Below, in pieces: positions 24,901 to 34,797 of a stretch of DNA of 64,000 nucleotides. Source of the DNA: Monocercomonoides exilis PA203 (lineage: Eukaryota > Protista > Preaxostyla); NCBI GenBank assembly GCA_001643675.2, contig LSRY02000056.1, forward strand, positions 310,001-374,000, given 5' to 3'. The notes beneath the pieces were generated by a model. That model saw only the letters and a program-made list of their open reading frames with translations, searched no databases and was not told the origin of the DNA. Position 1 is the first letter of the stretch. Each line of letters opens with the position of its first letter. Position numbers and translations under genes: made by a program.

Positions 24901-27900
24901 TTTTCACAGAGTTCAAAGGATTTATGTGAGTCTGCACTTCATTCGCCTCTTTGACAGAGGAAGATTTTGAAGAGCCATTTGCTTCTTGCACATTGTTTCC
25001 AGATTTGACTGCGGATTCCTGTTTGGATAACGCTGTTTTGATCTTTTCTGTGTGTGTTGAAATTTCAGATTCTGCTTTATTTTCTCTATCGTTTGTCACT
25101 TCGGTTTTATTTTGCGTCTCTGAACTTTCTTCTGAAGATTCAGCTTGCTTGTCCAAAGCCAATGAACTATCAGGCATTAAATCTATTGCAGAAGAATTAG
25201 AATATTCCCTTAAAAATTCACCATCGTTGTTTGAGTTTGACTTTTCAAGATCATTCTGCTTTGCTGCAGCAGAAGAAAAAAAGCGTTCAAGCATCAGACG
25301 AGGCAGAGCAGGTGGAGGAGGTGGTGGTAAAGACGAGGGAGAAGCAAACTTTGACTGGAAAGATGGAAGCTGAATTGGTGGAGGGGGTAGTGTGTGTGAT
25401 GTTGTGACAGTTTCCATTTGAAAAGACGAATTTGTTGAATAAGATGAATTGTACAATTCATTTGCTGTCATTGCATTTTGGTTATTTTCATTGAAAACGC
25501 GTTTATGGTTTGAATTCTGCACATTTCCAGTTTGATTGCCTTGTGAAAGAGTTGAGGCAGTTGAAGATATCTTTTGTTTGCTCAAATTGCGTTTCAGTTT
25601 GCTGATGTTGGCCAACGACAAAAGAGGGCTAAGCTCAGACAAATCAGGCAACTCTTCCTCTTCCATTTTAGTAGCTTCAACATTTCTGTTCTTCTTCTGC
25701 TTGTTTCTGTTGCTTTTCACTTCTTTTTCATTGGCTGTGCCGTCCAACTCATCCAGCCAATCACACAGCTGAGAAGTGAGCTCTGAAAGAATGTCTTGTT
25801 CATTTGCATCAGAAGCATCATCATCTTCTTCATCTTCTTTGAAGTTTCCTTCTTCTTCTACTTCTTTAAGTGTCTTTATGAAATCTTCGTAGTATTTTCC
25901 TGCTCGCTTTTTTTCTTCGTTCTCTTTCTTCATATCTTGTTTATTGTTATTCTCTTTGTAATGCAAAAGTTGCACTACTGAATCAGGTTTATCTATAGGC
26001 GAAGGAAAAGTTGAAAATGGAGATGGAGATGGAGATGAAGATGAAGATAAAAGTGAAGGTGAAGGAGAAGAAGAAGATGGAGATGAAGGAAAAGCCGAAA
26101 ATGAAGATGAAGATGAAGAAGGCAACTTTGGTGAAGGCGGAGGAGCAGGCAATGAATTCAGAGATGGCATCGACATTGAAGTTGGAGATGCAATTTTTGA
26201 GGTGTTTTTCGATGCGTCTGATGGCAAAGATCTCGGTTTCTGTATTTCTATTGCTTCCTTGTTGAATTCAGTTGGATGCTGGCTTTGTGGTGGTTGAGAA
26301 ATGGCAGAAACAGAAGTTATAGGCAATGGAAAAGTCTTGTTAACTTCAGAAGATGAATAATTGGGGTTTGAAAACGAAGTTTGAGGCAAAAGAGAAGATG
26401 CAGCCGAAGAAAGAAGAGCAGGTTCTGTTTGTGTTACATATCCAATGTTTGATTGAGAAGTGGCAGAAGAATTGGAAAAAATAGAAGCAAAGCTTTCTTT
26501 GCTTGCATCAGCAACAGCTTCAGCTTCAACTTCCTTCTTCTTCTTTTTCTTCTTTTTCTTTTTCTTTATTGCTGGTTGGACTATATCTGACACTTGGATT
26601 GGAAGAGAATTCACTATCACTGAATTTGCGAGCCCCTTTTTGTCTGTTTCATTTCCAGGCTGCTTCAGCTGATTGATAGCCAACTCCTTTCCTGTCTTCT
26701 TTTCTGTGCTGCTTTTCGAGTCTGAAAAAAGCCGTAATTGGGATCTGACGCTTGTTCGAGAGAGTAGAGAAAGAAAAGACGATTCTATTGGCTTCTGATA
26801 ATGTGGAATTTTCTGTGCTTTTTTCTTTTTTGGCTTTAATTTTTTGGGTTTTGGAGGTTGCTGTGATTGTTGTTGGGACAGCGGATGAGGCTTAACAGTG
26901 ACAAGAGTATAGATTTCTTGTGAAGAAGAAGGAGAAGAAGAAGGAATCATTGAAGAATAAGGAGAAACGCCAGTGTCAAGCAATTTGTCTGAAGAAAGCT
27001 GACCGAAATTAGCTCGTTGATTTAAAGGTGATCTGTAATCTGTTTCACTAAATGTGGTGTTGTTTGGATGCGAAGAATTCAATGAAAAATCAGAAGAAGA
27101 CGTTCCACAATTGCCTGCTGCTGAAAGATCAGAGGAAGAACAAGAGAAAGACGAAGGCGATGAATCAGACAGAACATTTTCTGTGTCCAAAGCGTGTGGA
27201 ACAGCCGAGTCATCCAGCGAATCTTGGAAAGGAGAGGAAAACAGATCAGAAGCAGCAGAAGGAGAAGGAGAAGAATATGGCAAAGACGAAGACGACGAAG
27301 AAGAAGAAATTGAAGGGTGACCAGAGGAAGATGAAGAAGACAACGGAGAAGATGTTTCATCTGTTCTCAGCACAAAAGGAGGTGGCTGATCTGAAGTGGT
27401 CAGCAGTGTGAATGAGCGCTTGTGTGAAAATGACTGAGAATTGTCTGAAGTTGAAGGTGCTGTCGAAGCTGAAGAAGAGAAAGAAGAAGGATTTTCAAGT
27501 GAATGTTGTTGTGCTGCTTCCGAATTTGAAGATAAAAAATCGGAGTTTGGATGCTCATCAATCACATTTTCCGTTTCTTTCTCTTCATTTTTGTTATCTT
27601 CTGCTGACTTGTGAAAAGAAGAATGCAACGGAGGAGGAGGTGGTGGTGGAGGCAAAGATGAAAAATCAAAACATTGTTCGTTGTTTTCTTCTTCACTAGC
27701 AGTTAAATTGTTGCTGAGAGGATGTTCAAACGCTTGCTGCTTTTGTTCAGTGCAATCAGAAACAGTGTTATCGCATTCTGTTTCAGTTTCTGTCTCCTCA
27801 TCTATCATTTGAGCATCATTGTCTTCATTATCATCATTATAATTGTCATCATCATAATCATTGTCTTTAACTGGAAACGTTGTCAAATGCAAAGGAGAAT

Positions 27901-29995
27901 TCAAAGACGATGATGAATAAGATTGCTTATTTTCAGACAAATCGTTGTCCTTAACTGAAACAAAGGCAGCACTTTTTGCTGTTTCAAAGCGTTTCTCTGG
28001 TTTTTCAGGCTTTTCATTCAGAAAATGATTTAACGAAGCCTTTGAAGGAAGGATAAGAACAGGAGAATTGAGCGAGAATGATGGCTGGCATTTCATTGAA
28101 GTTTGAGTTTTTGAAAGAGTATTTGAAGATGCTGGTGAACTGATTGGAGCTTCAGAATTTGTAGAAGAAGAAGAAGAAGAAAGAGAAGAAGATTTAGAAG
28201 GTGTTTGAAATGAAGCTTTTGGCAATTTCTGATCACGAAATACGAATGAAGTGTGTTGTTTTGGAGGTGCAGAGGAAGTGATTGAGGATGAGGGAATTAA
28301 GGCATCAAATGAGAGGCAAGAGTGTGGTGGTGTGAAATTTGTGAATAAAGACGATGAAGCAGAAGCAAAATCAGAAGCTGAATGTGAATGTGAAGGCGAA
28401 ATGTGAAATGGTTCTTGTGATTGCTTTTTTGGTGTGCTGAAAGTTTTTTGCTCCAAATTAACCTGTTTTGTAGCAGCTTTATTTGCTGAAGGCGAAGCTG
28501 TTGAAATTGTATTCACTTCCAGCATTTGTTGAGGCTTATGAGGTGCTGAATAAGAAGAGTAATCAGGTATTCTATGGACAAGAATAGGAGTTGAAGTGTT
28601 TGTTTGCTGAGACGGAGAATCCATCAAAGAAGGAGAGAAAGGGGAAAACAGAACAGAGGGAAAAGTGTTTGTGAATATGCTGCCTTCGTGTTTTGGTGTA
28701 GTGAGATTGTTGGTTGAAGTTGTCAAAAAGTCGCTTGTATTGATCTTGTTGAATGAAGATGGCTTTGAGTTGAAAAATGAAGTGGAACGCACTGGAGATG
28801 AAGCCAATCCACCCTTTGGTGATTCGGTGGAGATAGAATCAAAATGAGTGTTGTGAATTTTCAAAGGTGTTGAGTTTGGAAGCTGAGATTTATTGCGATG
28901 TGATTGAAAATCAGAAGGAGCAGGAGGAGTCGGAGGAGGGAGTGGTAACGATGACATGAAAGACGAGGGGAAAAATCGAGTGGCACTTGAATCTGCATTG
29001 CCACTAAGCGAATCAGGCCTTTGAACGCTATTTTTGTTGTCTTTGGAGATTGTTCCAGATTCTTTGGCATCAAGAGATATGTCATTTTGATCCCAAAACT
29101 CAGATGGAGTGATGCAGACTATCCCTCCATCAAAAACTATTTGAGGGTAAATTCTTAATAAATCAAGTATGGTACCAATATGATTTTTATTGAGCAAAGG
29201 CCATCCATCGCTTGTGCATATAGATATTCCAAAATAAGAAAGACGTGGAAATTGAGTTGCCAATGGTGATTGCTTGTTTTCTGGTTTCGTAAAAACTGAA
29301 AGAAGAGCTAGAATACCATAAGTTGATATAACGTTACCTCTAAGGTCAATGTGCTCAAGGTTTTTTAAATTTAGCAAAGCTTTTGCTAACAAAAATGCTC
29401 CTTTTTCACTGATTCGATTAAGCTTTGCTGTTCCTGAAAACTTCGAGTAATTATCCAGCTCATATGATGTAAGCATAAACAATGATGGATCGTTACGTTG
29501 CGTTGAAAATCTTTTATCAAGGTATGAATGCTGTGAGCTGGAATGCAAAGGAAAATTTGGCCTATGAATTATTTTTCTTAAAATTGTTTTGTTTGACATT
29601 GGAGATATCTGTTCTGTTTCATCATTCCTTACACCTCCTTTCAGCAATTTATTGCAAGTTATGAAACTGTCAGTTTCATTCATGGAAGAAAAAAAACGAC
29701 GATTAACTTTTTTATCATCCAAAATAACTTGTTCTAACATGTTTGTAAAATTTACAAGAAGCTGAATCGGTGCAATTGTCATGTTGTTCCTCATTGAAAA
29801 CGATGCTGCAGCGAAATTAGTGTTATTTAGCAGCAAAACTTTCAAATTTGAAAGAAAGCTTAAGGCATTTGACAGATAGCTTGCTTTCACATCATCAATT
29901 CCAGCATTTCGCAGATCCAAAAATGTTATGCTTTTGCTGCAAGGTTTTATACATAAATATGTTAAGCTTTGCTCGTAATCATCATTTTTCTGCAT
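21983..29995 (-). CDS. 2670-aa protein: N-terminal RNI-like leucine-rich repeats, very long Ser/Pro-rich disordered middle, C-terminal PH-like domain
   Basis: Uninterrupted ORF. LRR motifs LDLRNAGIDDVKASYLSNALSFLSNLKVLLLNNT and ISEKGAFLLAKALLNLKNLEHIDLRGNVIS. PLC-type PH pattern FIPLASIKSIKIG..RFCFSIETSGKEYDFQSLSSDDRAVTVDAIQSM. Confidence 0.85.
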   Translation of the reverse strand: MQKNDDYEQSLTYLCIKPCSKSITFLDLRNAGIDDVKASYLSNALSFLSNLKVLLLNNTNFAAASFSMRNNMTIAPIQLLVNFTNMLEQVILDDKKVNRRFFSSMNETDSFITCNKLLKGGVRNDETEQISPMSNKTILRKIIHRPNFPLHSSSQHSYLDKRFSTQRNDPSLFMLTSYELDNYSKFSGTAKLNRISEKGAFLLAKALLNLKNLEHIDLRGNVISTYGILALLSVFTKPENKQSPLATQFPRLSYFGISICTSDGWPLLNKNHIGTILDLLRIYPQIVFDGGIVCITPSEFWDQNDISLDAKESGTISKDNKNSVQRPDSLSGNADSSATRFFPSSFMSSLPLPPPTPPAPSDFQSHRNKSQLPNSTPLKIHNTHFDSISTESPKGGLASSPVRSTSFFNSKPSSFNKINTSDFLTTSTNNLTTPKHEGSIFTNTFPSVLFSPFSPSLMDSPSQQTNTSTPILVHRIPDYSSYSAPHKPQQMLEVNTISTASPSANKAATKQVNLEQKTFSTPKKQSQEPFHISPSHSHSASDFASASSSLFTNFTPPHSCLSFDALIPSSSITSSAPPKQHTSFVFRDQKLPKASFQTPSKSSSLSSSSSSTNSEAPISSPASSNTLSKTQTSMKCQPSFSLNSPVLILPSKASLNHFLNEKPEKPEKRFETAKSAAFVSVKDNDLSENKQSYSSSSLNSPLHLTTFPVKDNDYDDDNYNDDNEDNDAQMIDEETETETECDNTVSDCTEQKQQAFEHPLSNNLTASEEENNEQCFDFSSLPPPPPPPPLHSSFHKSAEDNKNEEKETENVIDEHPNSDFLSSNSEAAQQHSLENPSSFSSSASTAPSTSDNSQSFSHKRSFTLLTTSDQPPPFVLRTDETSSPLSSSSSSGHPSISSSSSSSSLPYSSPSPSAASDLFSSPFQDSLDDSAVPHALDTENVLSDSSPSSFSCSSSDLSAAGNCGTSSSDFSLNSSHPNNTTFSETDYRSPLNQRANFGQLSSDKLLDTGVSPYSSMIPSSSPSSSQEIYTLVTVKPHPLSQQQSQQPPKPKKLKPKKKKAQKIPHYQKPIESSFLSLLSRTSVRSQLRLFSDSKSSTEKKTGKELAINQLKQPGNETDKKGLANSVIVNSLPIQVSDIVQPAIKKKKKKKKKKKEVEAEAVADASKESFASIFSNSSATSQSNIGYVTQTEPALLSSAASSLLPQTSFSNPNYSSSEVNKTFPLPITSVSAISQPPQSQHPTEFNKEAIEIQKPRSLPSDASKNTSKIASPTSMSMPSLNSLPAPPPSPKLPSSSSSSFSAFPSSPSSSSPSPSLLSSSSSPSPSPFSTFPSPIDKPDSVVQLLHYKENNNKQDMKKENEEKKRAGKYYEDFIKTLKEVEEEGNFKEDEEDDDASDANEQDILSELTSQLCDWLDELDGTANEKEVKSNRNKQKKNRNVEATKMEEEELPDLSELSPLLSLANISKLKRNLSKQKISSTASTLSQGNQTGNVQNSNHKRVFNENNQNAMTANELYNSSYSTNSSFQMETVTTSHTLPPPPIQLPSFQSKFASPSSLPPPPPPALPRLMLERFFSSAAAKQNDLEKSNSNNDGEFLREYSNSSAIDLMPDSSLALDKQAESSEESSETQNKTEVTNDRENKAESEISTHTEKIKTALSKQESAVKSGNNVQEANGSSKSSSVKEANEVQTHINPLNSVKNSQSLAERSLQLFQESFPPKIQRNPLLVPYSPASSIPSMKPSSSDSSSSSSASASTSASTFSSPSSSSTLSPSTSSSSPSSSITIPSLSSSYSASTATTTTPVPQSSSSFTTFTSPSSTSASASSSSSSSSSSSSSSSTAASVFASSSSSISQKRPELNAHLSSHQSIFDMNIPSPVSFITPSSSPSLSLNASSQSSFESTTPRRLSAQSSFRSSLPSQNLSSTNASKKDQQSAQTSALPNRDENTSSSSSSATSTTTTSPSSSSSSSSSTVSSAPSVSTSSASSSESSISVPSTSAIRQSTSNQASTKTPSNPSDSSHSPSPSPPPPLSPLPSPSLDSKHFPDETRSQPSSSSSSSSSSSVSSAKHLNIHHPQPAPISPRNYTRSVASAVSITSTTSINNPLATSLFGDVVETLRTKETKDKGKSRAKPSPILTSASFSVSKSPVPRSPTGSSSSYVSFSSSMPLSPTSSTSALQASFNPLRVLKVSPPISSSASASASTSTSHSLSPTAPISPSFVQTPRTTFSSSANRSSQIASPFPPISPSATTPVHSDSHDSFFFDPAESDSEWKASQQQQQRQPAQSVAGSPPPTSPSPHSSGNPSTQRKQCPTNSLASTVSLTAHRSSPTRSLYSDRPDFENGTYDDFDGCISVSSPSKQAILQQLGVAVDGGKFIDDPIEARAASSVTMRMEELFCRRGVVAYDCKEKDAPLVWIRGIKEAVEKLMEKEIEEEEERLMNESNREISQKEKEKKQKEKEKEKEKKEKMKKKKLQQGDGIEICELDKKKSAAAFQGKMIGQTMFEDATEAQLRAALKTLPPFVCKSSSVFIPLASIKSIKIGIETEQFRKQITALSKLSSALSSTSSVLSFTFNSRFCFSIETSGKEYDFQSLSSDDRAVTVDAIQSMRGKTLLCEETTRRISLITDNLTKQEMNEWNTISSSTNEDVKVDLCEDQQKEDHTDLQPGLSDDEWVVK

Positions 29996-30190
29996 TCAAA
30001 ATTTAATTTTTTTATATTATAATCAATTGATCAGAAATTTTTGTTTGAAATGAAATAAATGAATTTTTTTCTTTTTATCAATATTCGATTTTGTTATTTC
30101 TTTTGAATTTTGAAGAATAAAACGAATTTTTGATTTCGATCATCAATGAATATTATTCGTTTTTTATCAAATTCGTTTCAATTTTAATTT

Positions 30191-31512
30191 ATGAGCTTGC
30201 GAAGCGGGACAATTACAAAGAAACCTACAAGTCCGCTTGATAAAGTTATAAAAAAGAATCCGAAGTATGAGCATATTGGACCAACTTTAGACACTGGAAC
30301 AACCGCCAAAAAACAGTTTGAACTCCAAGACGAGCTTCCTGAACATCCAACAGCTGGCGAAATATTTAAACGGATTCGTCCAGGAACAGTTACTCGTTTG
30401 GTATTTGAAGAGGATGAAACACTCGATCCAACCATGTCGTTTTTATCTCCTTCTTCAGAACGAGTCACTCATGCTCCAAAGGAGGCTGAACACATTCCAG
30501 AAGATATCTCAGAGGCACGGCACCGTCAACTATCAGGAAGTGCTGCTTCTTCTTTAATTGAATCACAATTTTCTCCTGAATCTTCGACTCCACTTTCGAC
30601 TTCTTCATCTCAATCAACTCACCCAACAGCACTTCTTCCCACTTCATCGTTTCTTTTGCTGGATGTTCGAACAGATGATGAATACGAAGACTGTCACATT
30701 CGATATGGTATTACCTTTTTAATTTTTATTTAATGAAAATTATCTGATGCCTTTCTTTTTGATAGCTCGGCATTACCCAGCTATAATGTTAACAAGAACA
30801 ATTAATTCATTTACACCAGAAATTCTTGCCTTTCAGAACAAAGAGGGAAAACGGATTATCGTTTATTGCAACGATGAGCGTGAATCAATACGTGTGGCTT
30901 CAACAATGGTTCAAAGGGGGATTGACAATGTGTTTGTTGTAAATGGGGGACTAAGGAAAATGTGTCAGAAATATCCAGAGGCTCTTGATGGACCCAAGCC
31001 TCCATTCCCTCCTGATAAAAAGTTAATGCAACAGAGAATGATGATGGGATCAACAACTGCCTCTATTTCCACAACAGGTTTGAAGAATTTTCAAAAGAAA
31101 ACAATTAATGAGAGAAACTTTGAAAGACAATTTATTTGAATTTTTTCCCGGAACAATTTGCTTTTTTTTGAAAAAAATTCATTGAAATTATATATTTTTT
31201 TATTATTTCTGTTTATGTTAGCAACTTCGAGAATGTCTCTTGTCTCTTCTGCCTCAACAGCCAAATATCTTCAGAATAGACTTGGACCTGGTGCAGCTGG
31301 AGGCAAATATGCTCCGTCAGCGTCGAGTCGAGGTTTCTTTTGAATTTGTCATTGATAAATAAATTAATAATTTAATACATTTGTTAATTTTAGCTGCAGG
31401 TTCAGCAGGAATGTCACAGCGATCACCTGTTCCTTCGGCTCCGAAAGCGAAAAGTTCTGCAAAGCAAACAGCAAAAAAGCCATCCTCTGCTCCAATGCAA
31501 CAGAGGGAATGA
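30191..31512 (+). CDS. CEP41: Centrosomal protein 41 (rhodanese-like domain); exons 30191-30707, 30766-31077, 31222-31332, 31394-31512
   Basis: N-terminal KVIKKNPKYEHIGPTLDTG and rhodanese-like LLLDVRTDDEYEDCHIRY|ARHYPAIMLTR..QNKEGKRIIVYCNDER..MVQRGIDNVFVVNGGL. All three GT..AG introns keep frame. Confidence 0.88.
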
Positions 31513-32172
31513 AAATATTGTGAGTCAATGAACAATAACTAACTGAAGTGATTGAGCTCTTAATTAATTTTGTGATGTTTTAATAAGCTTTTTTCTTTCA
31601 ATTTACTACTTGCTATTGGCTGTGAATTTATGTGCCAACAGAAATTTTCTATTGTTCATTTCTTTAAAAACATTTCATTGTTTCATTTGCATATTTCCCA
31701 CTTCGTCATTAAAGTTCATTTTCTGAGAAAAAAATCATAAGACTTGCAATTTTCTGATTAATTTTCTAAATTAAATTAAAATGGAAAACTTGATTTTGAA
31801 GTTAATTGGATATAAAAAATCGGAACTTTTTTCTTCAAAAACCAAATTGGATTTTGCAAAAATCGATGATGCTAAATTTTGTTTTTTTCAAGTTAAAAAC
31901 TTTTACTATTCTCTTTTTGTCACCTTGCAATACGAAACAATGCTTTTTAGTTTCATTTGGTGTTGCAATCAACATAAGAAGATTTTATCAGCAAAATAAA
32001 CCAGCCAATGTTTATGTTTAGGACTAAAAATTTATCTGAAAAACTAATAATTTGATAAGTTTTATGTCAAGCAACTAATGCCTAAATGTTTTCATAAAAG
32101 TGTTGAAAAAAAACAAATCGACTTTCAGTTGATTTAGTATCACTAAAAATATGTAATTGAATTATGATTTGT

Positions 32173-33060
32173 TTAGCATCCGCCATATCCGCAGTTGGAT
32201 GATCTGCAGCATCCACCACCACCGCAGCATCCGCGGGAGTTGGTGTTCATTCCAGCTGCATTGTTGTAGCAGTTGTTGGAGTTTCCGCATGCGCGGTTTC
32301 CAGCAATTTGGCGTGATCCAGCGCACATGTTGGCGTGTCCCATATCGTAGCAGTTGTTTCCAGTGGTGCATGCTTCATTGGCACGGCGAACCATCATTTC
32401 ATCAGCGCACTTTCTGGCGTAGGCGCGATCTCCATGGGCACGGCATGCATCAGCATTCATGTGAGCACCGTTTGCTGATCCGCAGATTGCTCCCTGGTTG
32501 TATCCGCAGTTTCTGTTTCCGGCACCATAGCAGTTGGCGTTGTTTCCGTTGGCATATGCTGCTCCACGTCCACCGTGAACTGATGATGTTTGGCCGTACA
32601 TGCGTGGGGCTTGGCATGCATTTCCGTAGTTTCCGAATCCACCGTTCATTCCGTTCATTCCATTGCATCCCATTCCGTTATATCCCATTCCGTTGCAGCC
32701 ATTGAATCCTTGTTGGCATCCGCCATAAGATGGGGCAAATCCACCGCAGGCACCCATTCCGCATGGAGATTCACAGGCGCACAATTCATAGCAGCATCCA
32801 TCGGGATAGCAGCAAGATCCGCAGCACAATTCCTCGAGCTCTTCTTCAGAAAGTTCGGATCCAGACAAGAATCCCATTCCTCCATATCCCATCCCTCCGT
32901 AGTCCATTCCTCCGAATCCCATTCCGCCGTAGCCCATTCCACCATATCCCATTCCTCCATAGCCCATTCCACCGTAGCCCATTCCGCCGAGGCCTCCCAT
33001 GCCTCCCCAGAATTGTGCGGTCAATGCAGCGAGTGAAAGAAGTCCAACAAAGAATTTCAT
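32173..33060 (-). CDS. Secreted Gly/Cys/Asn-rich protein with tandem GGMGY repeats; putative structural (cyst-wall or coat) protein
   Basis: 295-aa intronless GC-rich ORF in AT-rich flanks. Signal-peptide-like MKFFVGLLSLAALTA, about 8 GGMG(Y/F/D)-type pentapeptides, Cys clusters, NGMG repeats. Confidence 0.8.
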   Translation of the reverse strand: MKFFVGLLSLAALTAQFWGGMGGLGGMGYGGMGYGGMGYGGMGYGGMGFGGMDYGGMGYGGMGFLSGSELSEEELEELCCGSCCYPDGCCYELCACESPCGMGACGGFAPSYGGCQQGFNGCNGMGYNGMGCNGMNGMNGGFGNYGNACQAPRMYGQTSSVHGGRGAAYANGNNANCYGAGNRNCGYNQGAICGSANGAHMNADACRAHGDRAYARKCADEMMVRRANEACTTGNNCYDMGHANMCAGSRQIAGNRACGNSNNCYNNAAGMNTNSRGCCGGGGCCRSSNCGYGGC

Positions 33061-33366
33061 TGTCAGTGAATGTATTTGAATGTCAAAAATAAAAATGACA
33101 ATTAGTGTCTATTTGAAGCAGTATTTACGTTTTCACATCTCGTCAATTTTACAATTAACTTAACCATGTCAAAGAAAAAATAATACTTATCATTTTAAAC
33201 TTTTTTTAATGGTATTAACGTTGAAATTTCATTGAGAAGTGTGTTTAATTGATATATCCATTTTCTATTTTTAGGCAATGACAATATAAGTTGCAGGAAT
33301 GATCAAAAGATGTGTAAGTATTTATTTTCATCCTGTTTTTTTTCAATTTTTTGTTTTTTCGAATAA

Positions 33367-34753
33367 ATGGGGCGCTTATGCGTTGCGATGTGTTGTGATT
33401 TTTTTTACCCAAATATAGGTGGAGTAGAAAATCATATATATGAATTATCTCAGGCATTAATTCAAAAAGGAGCAAAAGTATTGATTTTTGCTTTCATTCC
33501 ACCTCGCTTTTATAAGTTAAAAACATCTTGTTTTTTATTTAGGTTATAGTTATTACGCATAATTATGGACGCAAATGTGGTATTCGATGGATGAAAAATG
33601 GACTAAAAGTCTTTTACATTCCAAGACTTTGTTTTTATCATCATTCAACATTTCCCACAACAATTGGTCCGTTTCCTTTGGTTAGACAGATATTTATTAG
33701 AGAGCAGGTGAATGTTCTTCATGGGCATACTGTCTGTTTTTTTATTTCATTTGTATTATTTAACAATTTTGTATTTTGTTTGAGTCTTTTTCAACACTTG
33801 TACATGAAGTCATACACATTGCAAATATAATGCGAATTCCTTGCTTGCTTACAGAACATTCTTTAATGGCAACAGAAGAAACATGGGAAAAAGTCGTTAA
33901 TTTCGTTTGTTTTGATAATTGGAGAAATGATGTCTTATATTAAAGTCAACAACGTTTTTGTCAACTTTAGTGCTCTAAATGGTCTTTCGCAAGCTTTGAT
34001 CGGATTATTTGCGTGTCTCATTCTTGGTTTGACAAAATCTCATCAAAATAATGATTATGCTAATTAATTATTCTTGTTTTAGTGCAAAAAGCTATGCAGT
34101 GAGAGTTGGAATGCAAGAAAAAGACGTAGACGTGATTCCAAATGCTGTTGATATGATCCATTTTCATCCTCGTAACGAAGAAGAGGAAGTGGTGCATCAA
34201 ACAAAGAAAAAAATGCAAGATGGATCTGAAATTCGTGTGCATTTTTTAGTATTTATTTGAATAATCAATCTTAAATTAAACATTTTTTAATTTAAAAATG
34301 TATGTATGTTACAATTTAGTCACAATTTGTATTTTAAGTCGATTAACAGAAAGGAAAGGAACGTCTTTGATGGTTGATGTTATCCCAGCAATTTGTTCGA
34401 TGCATCCAAATGTAAGATTTCGAGTTGGTTTGCGCAATGATTTTAAATAAATTGATTATTGTTATTTATTTGCGCTATTTCTTTGATTGATTTGCTGCAA
34501 ATACCTGCTTTTATTACAATATTCGTTTCTATTTTTTATACAAAGGAGGTGATGGTGATCGGCGTGTGGACTTAGAAGAGATGATAACGCGCTGCAATCT
34601 TGCAGACAAAGTCTTCATGGCTGGAAATGTGCCTCATTCGAAAGCAAGATCGGTGTGCTTGTGAAAAGTGATTGTGCTTTGTTTTATTTTTAATTGATTA
34701 AACAAATGATTTTTGTCTGAATTCTTATTATTGTTGTTGCTATTGTTATGATT

Positions 34754-34797
<44 letters not shown>

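Noticed and set aside
31501-31535. TGA at the CEP41 end (RE*K) as a recoded Trp, since CEP41 proteins often end in WK
   Set aside because: TGA terminates other genes in the window (19610, 37408, 44983) and Trp is TGG in conserved motifs; a single site is insufficient.
32870-33010. Regular 15-bp repeats as a CRISPR-like or non-coding array
   Set aside because: No spacers; they encode the GGMGY peptide repeats of the 295-aa ORF.
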